Shown piece by piece: positions 27,929-38,510 of a stretch of DNA of 64,000 bases (positions within the stretch are counted from its first letter, which is position 1; each line of letters starts with the position of its first letter). Source of the DNA: an uncultured delta proteobacterium. Its GTDB lineage: Bacteria; Desulfobacterota; Desulfobacteria; Desulfobacterales; Desulfosalsimonadaceae. Under the pieces are notes generated by a model, which had not been told where the DNA came from, searched no databases, and saw nothing but the letters and a program-made list of their open reading frames with translations. Made by a program: the position numbers and the translations under genes. The DNA lies in contig CAWGYD010000006.1 of NCBI GenBank assembly GCA_963826785.1, positions 608,001 through 672,000 of the forward strand, in the 5' to 3' direction.

Positions 27929-27966
27929 AAGCGCCCGCACACCGGCTGAGAGGTGCGGGCGCTTTT
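27929..27966. terminator. Hairpin downstream of RND operon
   Basis: AAGCGCCCGCAC...GTGCGGGCGCTT inverted repeat. Confidence 0.55.
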
Positions 27967-28028
27967 CTATGATAATTGTTATTTACATCCCCGTTTAATC
28001 AACTCGCGGGATGGGTGTCAATTCATTT

Positions 28029-31000
28029 TCATATGCCTTCTTCGGCTTCCATTGCCGCCGGTCCGGGCAAGGCCTCGGCGATGTCCGCAGGCCGCATCCT
28101 GCCCCTGAGGCGTGCAATCCCCCGATGACTGTCATCTAAGATCATGTACCCGCAGGGGACCAGCAGCAGGGTGACAAAGGTGGCGAACATGACCCCGAAG
28201 CCCAGGCTGATGGCCATTGGAATGAGAAACTGGGCCTGGATGCTCCTCTCCATGAGCATGGGGGTCAGCCCTCCGAAAGTGGTGATGGAGGTCAGCAGGA
28301 TGGCCCTGAACCGCAGTTTCCCCGCCTCTATGACGGCGTCGTGGGGGGGCAATCCCCCTTCTCGCCTCAGAGAATTGATCTTGTCGATGAGCACCAGGGA
28401 GTCGTTGACCACCACCCCGGAAAGGCCCACAATGCCGAACAGGCTGATGATGCTGATGTTGAATCCCATCAGCAAATGGCCCAGGATGGCGCCCACAATG
28501 CCGAAAGGAATGGCCGACATGACGATCAGGGGCTGGGAGAACGACCGGAAAGGCACGGCCAGCAACGCATAGATGCAGAACAGGGCGATGAAAAGACCGC
28601 GGGTGATGTCGGACATCAATTCCTTCTGATCCTGGCCTTCCCCTTCGATGGTGGTGCGCAGGCCGGGATAATCGGCCTTCAGCTTCGGCAGAAAGGTGCC
28701 GGTCAGGTACTGCCGCACTTCGTTGGCATTGGTGGTCTTTTCGTCCACGTCGGCGGTGACCTTGATCACCCGGAGGCGCTGGGCCCGCTCGATGCTGGCA
28801 TATCCCCGCTCCATCCGGACTTCGGCCACCTTGGAAAACGGCACCTCGTCGCCCGCCGGGGTGCGGATGCGCATCTGCTCCACATTGGCCAGCGACTGCC
28901 GCTCGTTTTCAGGGTAGCGCACCAGGACCTTGACCTCGTTCTTGTCCCGCTGGAACCGCAGGGCCTCGGCCCCGTAAAAGGCATGCCGGACCTGCTGGGC
29001 CAGGTCATTCAGCTTCAGGCCCAGGCTGTCCGCCTCGGATTTGAGCGCAAGCTGCATCTCCATTTTGCCGGGCATGTAGCTGTCGCTCACATCAAATACC
29101 CCGGAGAATTTTTTAAGATCTGCCTTGAGGGCATCGGAAGCCGCAAGGAGCTGATCCTGATTGTCCAGGGAAAGGTGGACTTCCACCGGGTTGCTGGAAC
29201 TCTGGATTTCGCTTTTGAACACCACGGATTCGGCGTCCGGGATGGGGCCGACGGCCTGGCGCCACAGGCGGGTCAGCGCTTCGGATCCGATTTTCCGTTT
29301 CTCCCCGTCGAGCAGCTGGATCATGACATGGGCCAGGTGTCCGCCGGCATCCCCGCCGGACATGTGCTCCGCCATGTGGGCCCCGATCACCGAAGAGCTG
29401 TATTCCATCAGGGGGGGCGCATCCTTGGGCCGCTTTTTATCCTGATCCGCCAGCATCTGCTGCCCCTGCTGCTCGATGCGCTCCACCACCTGGCGGGTTC
29501 GGGCCTCGGGGGTTCCCGCCGGCATGGTCACCAGGCACTGCATGACATCCCCCTCCACCTTGGGGAGGAAGGTGAATTTGATGATGCCGGCGTTCCATAT
29601 CCCGATGGTCAGCAAAAGGACCACCAGCCCCACGGCCGCCGTGGCATACCGCCAGCGGATGCAGGCGTCCAAAATTTTTTGGTAGGGCTTTTCGATCACC
29701 CATTGAAGCGCCCGGGCCGTCTTCCCGGGCCGGGCGGTTTTCGGTTTTTTCAGGGCTTTGCTGCCGGCCAGGTGAGCCGGCAGGATAAACAGGGATTCGA
29801 TCAGCGAACCCAGCAGCACCACGATCACCACGATGGGGATGTTGCGCATCATTTTTCCCATGTTCCCCCCGGCCAGGAGCAGCGGCCAGAAAGCCACCAT
29901 GGTGGTCAGCACGGAAAAAATCACCGGACGCGCGACTTCGGCGGTGCCCACGGCCGCGGCCTTCAGGGGGGGCAGCCCGGCTTCCTGGTGTCGAAAGACA
30001 TTTTCGGACACGATGATGGCGTCATCCACCACGATGCCGAGCACCATGATGAAGGCAAACAGGGAAATCATGTTCAGGGAAACGTCAAACTGGGGGATCA
30101 TCAGCAGCCCGAAGGCGAAACTGACGGGAATCCCCAGGGTCACCCAGAACGCCAGCCGCAGGTTCAGGAAAAGTCCCAGGAGGAAACTCACCAGCACCAG
30201 CCCCAGAAACAGGTTGGAGGTGAGCAGTTCGATGCGGCTTTTCAATGCGGTGGACATGTCCTGGTAGGTCTTCACGGAAAGCCCGTCGGGAAGTCCCGGC
30301 TGGAGGGCTTCCACATAGTCCCGGACTTTGGCCGCAACTTCCAGTGCGCTCTGGTTGGCCACCCGATACACGTTGATGATGGCCGCGGGTTTTCCCTGGA
30401 AGTGGGCGGACAGATCCACATCGGCAAAGCCTTCGGAGATGTCGGCGATCCGGCCCAGGGTGATCCGGGTGCCGTTGGTCCGGGTGATGACCGGGATTTC
30501 CCGGTATTCCTCGGCCGTGTAGCGCCTTCCCTTGGCCCGGATGAGCACTTCCCCTTCCCGGGCGTCCACGCTGCCGGCCGGCAGGTCGAGGCTGCTTTCC
30601 GCCACGGCATCGGCCACCATCCCCAGGGTCAGCCCATACTTGCGCAGGGTCTGCTCGGAAATCTCGATATGAATTTCATCGGGACGAATGGCGGCGATAT
30701 CCGCCTGGGTGATCCCCTCGATGCTGGTCAGGTCGTCTTTGATATCCTGGGCCACGTTCTTGATGGTGGCCTCGGGCACGTCGCCGTAAACGGCGGTGCT
30801 GATGACCTGAATGCGCCGGGTGGCCTCCCGGACGACGGGTTCTTCCGCTTCCACGGGAAGGGTAGTGATCCGGTCGATTTCCGATTTGACCTCATCCAGC
30901 AGCTTCTTGCTGTCCCAGTCCTTCATCACCTCTATGGTGGTCAGGCCGAGACTTTCCCGGGCCACCGAATCGATCCGCCGGATGCCCTCGATACCGGCGA

Positions 31001-31223
31001 CGTTTTCCTCGATCTGGCGGATGACCCCTTCTTCCACCTCGGCGGGGGAAGCGCCCGGATAGGCGACGCTGATCTCGATGGCATCGAGTGCGGTATCCGG
31101 CAGAATTTCCATTTTGATGCCCAGGGCGGTCGTGATGCCGGCCACCAGGAAGAACAGCATCAGCAGGTTGGCGGCCACATGGTTGCCCGCAAACCAGGAG
31201 ATGATATTTTTCATGACGTCCAC
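28029..31223 (-). CDS. RND efflux transporter permease
   Basis: 1064 aa; LGIVVDDAI, GVVVNDS, RFRAILLTSITT. Confidence 0.95.
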   Translation of the reverse strand: MDVMKNIISWFAGNHVAANLLMLFFLVAGITTALGIKMEILPDTALDAIEISVAYPGASPAEVEEGVIRQIEENVAGIEGIRRIDSVARESLGLTTIEVMKDWDSKKLLDEVKSEIDRITTLPVEAEEPVVREATRRIQVISTAVYGDVPEATIKNVAQDIKDDLTSIEGITQADIAAIRPDEIHIEISEQTLRKYGLTLGMVADAVAESSLDLPAGSVDAREGEVLIRAKGRRYTAEEYREIPVITRTNGTRITLGRIADISEGFADVDLSAHFQGKPAAIINVYRVANQSALEVAAKVRDYVEALQPGLPDGLSVKTYQDMSTALKSRIELLTSNLFLGLVLVSFLLGLFLNLRLAFWVTLGIPVSFAFGLLMIPQFDVSLNMISLFAFIMVLGIVVDDAIIVSENVFRHQEAGLPPLKAAAVGTAEVARPVIFSVLTTMVAFWPLLLAGGNMGKMMRNIPIVVIVVLLGSLIESLFILPAHLAGSKALKKPKTARPGKTARALQWVIEKPYQKILDACIRWRYATAAVGLVVLLLTIGIWNAGIIKFTFLPKVEGDVMQCLVTMPAGTPEARTRQVVERIEQQGQQMLADQDKKRPKDAPPLMEYSSSVIGAHMAEHMSGGDAGGHLAHVMIQLLDGEKRKIGSEALTRLWRQAVGPIPDAESVVFKSEIQSSSNPVEVHLSLDNQDQLLAASDALKADLKKFSGVFDVSDSYMPGKMEMQLALKSEADSLGLKLNDLAQQVRHAFYGAEALRFQRDKNEVKVLVRYPENERQSLANVEQMRIRTPAGDEVPFSKVAEVRMERGYASIERAQRLRVIKVTADVDEKTTNANEVRQYLTGTFLPKLKADYPGLRTTIEGEGQDQKELMSDITRGLFIALFCIYALLAVPFRSFSQPLIVMSAIPFGIVGAILGHLLMGFNISIISLFGIVGLSGVVVNDSLVLIDKINSLRREGGLPPHDAVIEAGKLRFRAILLTSITTFGGLTPMLMERSIQAQFLIPMAISLGFGVMFATFVTLLLVPCGYMILDDSHRGIARLRGRMRPADIAEALPGPAAMEAEEGI

Positions 31224-32389
31224 CCTTCCTCGTCCGCATCCACCGTCCGGACCCGCATGCCGTCCGTGACCGCCTTGAGCGGAGAGACGACCACCTGGTC
31301 GCCGGGTTCAAGCCCGCTGCGGATGACCACGCCGCGCTGATCCATGCGGGCGATATCCACGGTGCGGAAATAGAGCCGGTTGTCTTCAGGGGAAACCGCC
31401 CAGACCGTGTCCTTTCCGTGCATGGCCGCCCTGGGGATAATGGTGGCATCGGGCAGGGTAAATCCTTCGATCCGCACTTCCACAAACTGGCCGATGGCCA
31501 GTGGCGGCCGGGTGGCATAGGGGCTTTCGACCCGCACCACCACGTTGATCATGCGGGTCTTCTCGTCGATCTGGCCCTCGGCACGGGCCACATGGCCCTG
31601 CCAGGTGCATTTTCTGCCGGCCACATCTGCGGACACCGTAACGGGGGTGTCGGCATCGCCGTCGCAGGTAAACCCGGGAACCGCAAACCAGTTGAGAACC
31701 GAATCGTCCATGGGGACGACGATCTCGGCGGCATCGGTACAGTAAAGGGTGGCCAGCGGCTGGCCGGGGACGACGAACTGCCCCGGATCCACGGATTCGG
31801 CGCGGACCCGGCCATCGAAGGGGGCGACGATTTCTGTCCGCTTGAGGTCCAGGCGGGCCCTTTCCAGGGCGCCTTTCTGTGCGTCGAGACTGGCTTTGGC
31901 GGCCTCCAGCTGGGGTTTCTTGGCCACCAGGGACGGCGGTTCGGTCCCGGGATGCAGCTGCCGCCATTCGCCCTTGGCGGCTTCGGCCCCCTGTCGGGCC
32001 AGCTCGTACTGGCTCTGGGCTTCCTTGACCCCGGCTTCAGCCAGGGTGACCGCGATTTCATAATCGGTGGATTCGATTTTAAGCAGCCGCTCCCCGGCCT
32101 TGAACGTCCCGCCGTTGATCAGGCTGGGGGATACGTCCGTGATCCGTCCGCCGACTTCCGGAATCAGCTGGATTTCGGATACCGGATGAACGGTCCCCTG
32201 ACCGGTAAGGGTCATTTTCACATCCCCGGCAAGGGTTCCGATGGTCCGCACCATGGGAAGGGAAACTTCCACCTGCTGGCGGGCCAGGGCCGGGCGGCTG
32301 GAACTGAGGACCTTGAAGCCGGCAATTCCCGAGGCGATGATGACAATCGTAATGACTGAATGAAAAATGATCTTGAATGTATTTTTCAT
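31211..32389 (-). CDS. RND periplasmic adaptor subunit
   Basis: N-terminal TM, lipoyl halves PEVGGRI and IVAPFDG, helical hairpin. Confidence 0.92.
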   Translation of the reverse strand: MKNTFKIIFHSVITIVIIASGIAGFKVLSSSRPALARQQVEVSLPMVRTIGTLAGDVKMTLTGQGTVHPVSEIQLIPEVGGRITDVSPSLINGGTFKAGERLLKIESTDYEIAVTLAEAGVKEAQSQYELARQGAEAAKGEWRQLHPGTEPPSLVAKKPQLEAAKASLDAQKGALERARLDLKRTEIVAPFDGRVRAESVDPGQFVVPGQPLATLYCTDAAEIVVPMDDSVLNWFAVPGFTCDGDADTPVTVSADVAGRKCTWQGHVARAEGQIDEKTRMINVVVRVESPYATRPPLAIGQFVEVRIEGFTLPDATIIPRAAMHGKDTVWAVSPEDNRLYFRTVDIARMDQRGVVIRSGLEPGDQVVVSPLKAVTDGMRVRTVDADEEGWTS

Positions 32390-32447
32390 GGTGTCCTTGA
32401 GCTTATTATAAAGTTTGTGGATTTCATGAGAACGTCTTTGGTTGTTT

Positions 32448-33878
32448 TTAACCCCTGGCTTCTTGAGCTGAAAACAGGTGGTCCCATCCTCCGCCCAGGG
32501 CGCGGTACAGCCCCACCCGGTTGGTGTAGATGGCCCGCTCGGAGTCGATCAGGTCAAGTTCAGCCTGGTACAGAGATTGCTGGGCATCCAGAACGTTCAA
32601 GTAGTCGGTCAGGCCGCGGGTGTAGCGGTCATTGGCGATTTCCACCGTGCTTCTGGCTTCCTCCCGGAACTTGACCAGGAGATCGCGGCGTTCCAACTGC
32701 TGCTGGCGGGTGAGAAGCGCCCCTTCGACTTCGGAAAAGGCATTGAGCACCTCTTTGGCATATGCGGCCTCCTCCTGCTGATACCGGGCTTCTGCGGCAC
32801 GCTGGCCCGCGGACAGCCTTCCGGCGTTGAACACCGGTTGAAGGCCCTGGCTGGCGATGCGCCACAACTGGCTTGCGGGGGTGAACAGGGTATCGAGTGC
32901 CGTGCTGGCGTACCCGAAGGTTCCCGTCAGGGTGATGCTGGGGAAGCGGCTGGCCTTGGCCACACCGATACGCGCACTGGCGGCCTGGAGGCGGGCTTCG
33001 GCCGCCCGGATGTCCGGCCGCCGGTTCAGCAGCTCGGAAGGCAGCCCCACCGGCACCGGGGGGAGCTGTGAAAACGTGTCCAGGTGTGCGGGCCGGGGTC
33101 CATCCGACCGGGGATAGGCCCCCTGGAGAATGGCCAGGGCATGCCGGGTCCGGCCGAGAACCTCCACCAGGGAAGGCAGCCGGGATTCGGCCTGGGCCAG
33201 TATCCGGCTGGCCTGTCTCACGTCCAGAACCGATGCCAGACCTTTTTGATACCGGTTGTCCACCAGTTTCAGGTTCTGCTGATAGGCCTCGACCATCTGG
33301 CGGTTGACGCCGATCTGCTGTTCCAGGGAGCGGATTTCGAGATACCGGGTGACGGCTTCTGCGATCATGGACTGGACGATGGTGCGCCGGTTTTCCTCCG
33401 AGGCCATCAGTTCGGCGGCGGATGCTTCCGAAGCCCGCGCGAGCCGGCCCCACAGGTCGAGTTCAAAGGAAGCCGGCAGTGAAAGGGAAAACGAATTGGC
33501 GGTGTCGCTTTTTTTGCCCCCGGTCACCGGATCGATGGTGGGCTGCTGCTGCCGGGAGGTTTCGGCATCGAGGTTGAACTCCGGATACCGATTGGCCTCG
33601 GTCTGGTTCAAAGAGGCGCGGGCTTCCATGACCCGGGCGGCGGCCTGGTGAATATCCGGATTGTTTATGGCCACACTGGCAACGATGGCGTCGAGTGCGG
33701 GATCATTGAAATCCTTCCACCATTCATCCGGCGGCATATAGGTTTGGGTACTGACCTGGCCGCCCTGATAGGCCAACGGAACTGCAAAATCGGATGCCGG
33801 CCGCGTGTAATCAGGGCCCACTTTCATGCAGCCTGACAGTGTCAACGCTGCAAGCAAAAAGATCATTGGTCGATACAT
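32448..33878 (-). CDS. Efflux outer-membrane factor lipoprotein (NodT/OprM family)
   Basis: LSGCMKVGPDY lipobox; ELDLWGR, PSELLNRRPDI, LYRALGGGW. Confidence 0.95.
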   Translation of the reverse strand: MYRPMIFLLAALTLSGCMKVGPDYTRPASDFAVPLAYQGGQVSTQTYMPPDEWWKDFNDPALDAIVASVAINNPDIHQAAARVMEARASLNQTEANRYPEFNLDAETSRQQQPTIDPVTGGKKSDTANSFSLSLPASFELDLWGRLARASEASAAELMASEENRRTIVQSMIAEAVTRYLEIRSLEQQIGVNRQMVEAYQQNLKLVDNRYQKGLASVLDVRQASRILAQAESRLPSLVEVLGRTRHALAILQGAYPRSDGPRPAHLDTFSQLPPVPVGLPSELLNRRPDIRAAEARLQAASARIGVAKASRFPSITLTGTFGYASTALDTLFTPASQLWRIASQGLQPVFNAGRLSAGQRAAEARYQQEEAAYAKEVLNAFSEVEGALLTRQQQLERRDLLVKFREEARSTVEIANDRYTRGLTDYLNVLDAQQSLYQAELDLIDSERAIYTNRVGLYRALGGGWDHLFSAQEARG

Positions 33879-34179
33879 GTGGTTGGGGTCGCTCCTGTTC
33901 CATAAGCCGAAAGGCCCTGGAGCGCGGGAAGCGGGAGTCACATCGCTGGCGGTCGAATAAGGGGTGAATACGGGATCTTGCCGATATGACAGGAACTGAA
34001 AACGCGGGAAATCTTATCGGGGTGCCGGTGGAATCGGCAGGATCGGTTCACAAACGCCGTATTGATATGGCCGTGTTTTTTCTCCGGCCGCAATCCAGGC
34101 TTTTCGTTGGTGAGGTGGTTGCTAAAAAATCAGTATTTCTGTTTCCTTGAAATTATGTGCGGTTAATTACTGGAGAGAG

Positions 34180-34208
34180 CTTGTAATAAACATGGCTTTT
34201 GATGTCAA
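34180..34208 (-). promoter_or_regulatory. Possible sigma70 promoter for the efflux operon
   Basis: TTGACA-N17-TACAAG on minus strand. Confidence 0.4.
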
Positions 34209-34456
34209 GCCATTTCGTTGCAGCCGCTGAGCACCTCCCTCGGGGCCAAAGAGCGCAGGATGCGTTCCGGTGCGGTCCTGCCGGTCTGCAGGGGGGGCTC
34301 TTACTGTCATTCCCGTGGAGGCCGTCCCAGGGGTGTGGGTCTTCGGCATTCATCCATGGCGATACATATTTATTGAAATCAGTTAATAAATGTCATAGAC
34401 GGGAAGATGAGTGCATCATAATTCTGAGATGCCGTTTTTTTCACAAGGATCCCAGC

Positions 34457-35323
34457 TTGCAATTCCCCATTCGCAAAAAGCTGTTTTACAGCCACTTCCT
34501 GGCCGTGCTGCTGGTATCGGGCAGCATCGGAACCTACTTCTATCATAGTGCCACCAGTACACTGTTTTCCCACTTGCGCAACCGGCTGATGAACAGTGCG
34601 GCCCTGATCAGCCGTACGATCGATGCCCGGAATCTCGTCGACATCCGGGAACCGTCCGATGTAAACCGTCCCTCGTACCACAAGCATCTTCAGATGCTCC
34701 GGGAATTTCAGGCAGCCAATGAGGATATTGCCTTCATCTACGCGATGAAACGGATCGGGGACAAGGTGGTATTTGTCATCGATTCCGACACATCCGAAAA
34801 ACAGGCACTTCCCGGACGCCCATATGAGGCCGACGCCCCCCACCTGCGTAGCGGATTTACCGCCCTGACCGCTGATTCCAGCACCATCCTCGAACAGGAA
34901 ATCCGGCAAATCCGCCGAAGCGGCACCGAATCCTCCCTGATCCTGGTCGACATGGATCATTTCAAACGTATCAATGACCGGTTCGGACACGCGGCGGGTG
35001 ACAGGGTGCTGGCCCATGCCGCCCGAATTCTCAAGGGCATTCTGAGAAACCAGGATGCCGTGTCCCGGTGGGGCGGCGAGGAACTGCTCATCCTGCTTCC
35101 GCGGACAGCGGGAGATGGCGCGGCCCGTGTAGCGGAAAATATCCGCGCCGCTTTTGCCGGTCAGCCCGTAAGAATCGATGATCAGGATATCCGGGTAACG
35201 GCCAGTCTCGGGGTCTGTCCCATGAGCGGCGCGATGAGCATCGACGAATATTTCCGCGAGGCGGATAAGGCCATGTACAGGGCCAAGGCAGAGGGACGAA
35301 ACCGCATCGTAATGGCCGGATAA
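34457..35323 (+). CDS. GGDEF-family (GGEEL) diguanylate cyclase, apparently internally deleted
   Basis: TM + partial sensor domain joined directly to DMDHFKRINDRFGH...RWGGEEL...GRNR. Confidence 0.7.
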   Translation: MQFPIRKKLFYSHFLAVLLVSGSIGTYFYHSATSTLFSHLRNRLMNSAALISRTIDARNLVDIREPSDVNRPSYHKHLQMLREFQAANEDIAFIYAMKRIGDKVVFVIDSDTSEKQALPGRPYEADAPHLRSGFTALTADSSTILEQEIRQIRRSGTESSLILVDMDHFKRINDRFGHAAGDRVLAHAARILKGILRNQDAVSRWGGEELLILLPRTAGDGAARVAENIRAAFAGQPVRIDDQDIRVTASLGVCPMSGAMSIDEYFREADKAMYRAKAEGRNRIVMAG

Positions 35324-35426
35324 TCCGGGTTTGCCCCTTTAACAGAAAACACCGGCGAGGCAACGGCTGTCCGCAGGGCCTCACCGGATCATCACCCCTT
35401 TCGCCTGCCGGGATTGCGGACACAAA

Positions 35427-37346
35427 ATGGCGATGAAGGGTCCCCTGAAATACAGAAAGGAGAAATTCATGTTTTTGGTCAAGAGGCTTACCCTTGGAAT
35501 TGCCGCCATTCTGATTCCATTTTTCATGCTGCTTTCATTCGGAATGCTTTCCGGGTGTGATGACGATGGCGACAACAACATCCGCTCCCTCACCATCCTG
35601 GAGACTTCCGATATGCACAACCACGCCAGCGGATACGGGCCCTATGCTGATTATACGCCCGAAGACACTTCGGACAGTGACTCCGTGACCGGTGGATACG
35701 CCCGGCTTGCCGGAGAAATTAGCGATATCCGCGCCGAACGGGATGCGGAGCAGATTCCCGTGGTGCTGGTCGATGCCGGTGATTTTTTCATGGGCACGAT
35801 CTATGATTTGGCCTCCATGCCGCCGGTGACCCTGGCGTTCCTGAAAGCCGCGGGATACGATGCGGTCACATTGGGCAACCATGAATTCGACTGGGGGCCG
35901 GCGGGGCTGGCGATGATGCTGGGGGCCGGCCTGAATTCCGGTTTTGATGTGCCGATTGTGGCCACCACCATGGTGACCGATCCGGATGATTCGGCCGATG
36001 ACGGCATTGAAGCCCTGGTTGCCGGCCAAACGATCGTCTCCAAAAAGATCCTGGAAACATCGAATGGTTTGAAGATTGGAATTCTCGGCGTTTTCGGTCC
36101 GGATGCCATCCAGGACATGCCGGCGGCGGCACCGGTGACATTTGAAACGGATTATGCATTCATTCAGGGGAAGGTGGATGACCTGAAGCAAAATGACAAG
36201 GTGGACATGGTGGTGGTTCTTTCCCATGGCGGTGTGGAAACCGATGGCACCGGAGACGATGCCGACCTGGCCGAAAATGTCACGGGAATCGATGTCATCG
36301 CGTCCGGCCACTACCATACCGCTGCCGGCGAAGCCCTCACGAAGGGGGAATCCAACACCATTATCATGTCCCCGGGTTACTATGGCCAGTGGTTGAGCCG
36401 CCTGGATCTCGAGTACAACCGCAAGACGGGTAAAGTTATTTCGTCCAAGTACACACTGGTACCCATCGATGATACCGTTGAAGGCGATCCGGCGGTGAAT
36501 CTGCTGGTTGAGAATGCAGAGACGGAAATCAATGCCACCCTGGCTCAGTTTGGTCTTGGCGGTGCGGGTGACCCGGTGGGGAGTACCTCGTTCACCCTCG
36601 GGCTCGAACCCTTCACGGAGAGCGGCCTGGGCAACATGACCGCAGACGCGCTACGATTTGCCGCAAGCCAGACTTCCGCCGTCCCCTATGATGTCGGCGT
36701 CGTGGCCGACGGGGTGATCCGGGATTATCTGTATCCGGGAAAAACCGGCGTGATCACCCTGGCCGATGCCTACAATGTGCTGCCGCTGGGCATATCCCCG
36801 GTGACAGGCACTCCCGGCTACCCGCTGATGTCCGTTTACATCAATGGCCCGGAATTGAGGACCATGTGTGAAATATCCGCAAGCCTTTCCAGGGCGCTGG
36901 GGAATGATTTTTACCTCAATGTTTCCGGCATCCGGTATGAAATCGACCCGCAAGGGACGCCGGGAGCCATGGTGCAGCGGGTTTACCTGGTTCCGGGAAA
37001 TGATTTCGAAACGGTATCCTCGGGCACCCAGATCGATATCACGGATGAGACCACTCTGTACCATGTCGTGGCGGATTATTACATGCTGCGGATGATGGAT
37101 GTGGCCGTCAGTATGGGCATTTCAATCGTTCCCAAGGATTCGGAGGGAAATCCGATTCCAAAAGAAGCCTATCTGGATCATCGCGTGGACATGGATCCGT
37201 CAAGCGACGGCATCCAGGAACTCAAAGGGTGGACAGCCATGCTGGCCTGGTTTCAATATCTCGCCCAGGCACATGGGGGCGTGGTTCCCGAAGCGGCGTA
37301 CGGCCCCGGCGGAACCGCATTTGGGAGAGCCGGTATCCTTCAGTAA
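35427..37346 (+). CDS. Bifunctional metallophosphatase/5'-nucleotidase lipoprotein
   Basis: LSGC lipobox; SDMH, DAGD, GNHEFD, LSH, GHYH. Confidence 0.9.
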   Translation: MAMKGPLKYRKEKFMFLVKRLTLGIAAILIPFFMLLSFGMLSGCDDDGDNNIRSLTILETSDMHNHASGYGPYADYTPEDTSDSDSVTGGYARLAGEISDIRAERDAEQIPVVLVDAGDFFMGTIYDLASMPPVTLAFLKAAGYDAVTLGNHEFDWGPAGLAMMLGAGLNSGFDVPIVATTMVTDPDDSADDGIEALVAGQTIVSKKILETSNGLKIGILGVFGPDAIQDMPAAAPVTFETDYAFIQGKVDDLKQNDKVDMVVVLSHGGVETDGTGDDADLAENVTGIDVIASGHYHTAAGEALTKGESNTIIMSPGYYGQWLSRLDLEYNRKTGKVISSKYTLVPIDDTVEGDPAVNLLVENAETEINATLAQFGLGGAGDPVGSTSFTLGLEPFTESGLGNMTADALRFAASQTSAVPYDVGVVADGVIRDYLYPGKTGVITLADAYNVLPLGISPVTGTPGYPLMSVYINGPELRTMCEISASLSRALGNDFYLNVSGIRYEIDPQGTPGAMVQRVYLVPGNDFETVSSGTQIDITDETTLYHVVADYYMLRMMDVAVSMGISIVPKDSEGNPIPKEAYLDHRVDMDPSSDGIQELKGWTAMLAWFQYLAQAHGGVVPEAAYGPGGTAFGRAGILQ

Positions 37347-37357
37347 GGTATTTCAGT

Positions 37358-37400
37358 GCGTGCGATTCCGCATACCGAAAGCGGAATCGCATGCTTTCTC
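37358..37400. terminator. Hairpin between convergent genes
   Basis: GCGTGCGATTCCGC...GCGGAATCGCATGC followed by TTTC. Confidence 0.6.
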
Positions 37401-37418
37401 TCTCTGATGCGATCTGAA

Positions 37419-38153
37419 TCAGTCGCTACCCTGATGGTGCCCTTCTTCTTCATGATCCTTGTGGCCGCTCCACAGGTAATTCAGGTACTCATACAGGGCT
37501 GCGGCCTGGTCCTGAGAGATGCTCTGCGGTGAAAAAGGGGGCATGGGTTCTTCCGGGGAGCGGATCCAGCCGGTCAGGGTCTGGCTGGACGCCAGTTTAT
37601 CCGAACCCACAATGGTCATTTTGGGTTTGAGGATATTTCCCCCATAGGGGTGGCAGCCGCTGCAGTTGCCCCGGAACACTTTTTCGCCCAGGCTGTATTG
37701 GGCAGGGGCGTGGGGCGCACGGTCCCCGAAGACCAGGTTCGCCCCGAAATAGCCCAGGGCCACCACGGTCACCCCGCTGACCAGATAGATGAGCAGCAGG
37801 GGAATGGTCACCCGCTGACTTTTTTGCCCCACCAGGATGCCCAGAAGCAGAAGAACAAAAAAGAAACAGGCCAGTCCGACCTTCACCCGGATGGGAAACA
37901 GCCACTCCCCGTGGTAGAAGTGCTGCCAATCCATGAAGGCGCCGGCCACAGTGGGAAAAATAAACAGGAAGGCCAGGATGTAGGTGTACCGCGCGGCTTT
38001 GTCCATACCGGCATTTTTGGTCCATAACGCGGCAATGGCCAGCACGATGGTGCCGATCACCAGGCCGATCGGCATGTTGACCTGGGTGGGATGGACCGGA
38101 TGAAAATATCCGATGGCTTCCAATGCGCTGTAAAATCCGTCAAACATATTCAC
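37419..38153 (-). CDS. DUF2231-like 4-TM domain fused to class I cytochrome c
   Basis: HPVHP..V.MPIG, GYFGANLVF; CSGCH and PMPPF; His-rich tail. Confidence 0.75.
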   Translation of the reverse strand: MNMFDGFYSALEAIGYFHPVHPTQVNMPIGLVIGTIVLAIAALWTKNAGMDKAARYTYILAFLFIFPTVAGAFMDWQHFYHGEWLFPIRVKVGLACFFFVLLLLGILVGQKSQRVTIPLLLIYLVSGVTVVALGYFGANLVFGDRAPHAPAQYSLGEKVFRGNCSGCHPYGGNILKPKMTIVGSDKLASSQTLTGWIRSPEEPMPPFSPQSISQDQAAALYEYLNYLWSGHKDHEEEGHHQGSD

Positions 38154-38318
38154 CCCCGGTCAATTGATTTTTTCCAATACTATATAACCATGGTAATGAC
38201 CTTCTTATAGTCCACGCTGAAAAGCCATGGGGATCCTCCCCCATTTTTTAAGGTGAATCGCTGTATTTCATCATGATCGGGAGAGGGTGACCCGGGCGAA
38301 AATGCCGCGCGTCCGCCA

Positions 38319-38441
38319 TCAGCCCGAGATGAACAGAAATGCGAACAAAAAGCGCGCGGCCCGGGCCAGCAGCAGGCAGGCGAGCAGTCCGCCGTACCAC
38401 AGACCGGCAAACCAAATCCACTGGCGTCTCTTTTGATTCAT
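38319..38441 (-). CDS. Small single-TM protein after cydB (DUF2474-like candidate accessory subunit)
   Basis: Manual translation MNQKRRQWIWFAGLWYGGLLACLLLARAARFLFAFLFISG (40 aa). Confidence 0.6.
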   Translation of the reverse strand: MNQKRRQWIWFAGLWYGGLLACLLLARAARFLFAFLFISG

Positions 38442-38510
38442 TTCGTGTTCAATCGGATACCAGGGCGCCGATGACGCAGCCGACAAATATGGCGCCGGGC
38501 GAAATCAGGT

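Noticed and set aside
28341..31340. 999-aa plus-strand ORF
   Set aside because: Antisense shadow of the GC3-rich RND gene; no motifs
34222..34350. 6S RNA, SRP RNA or c-di-GMP riboswitch
   Set aside because: Signature motifs not recognised; kept as unassigned structure
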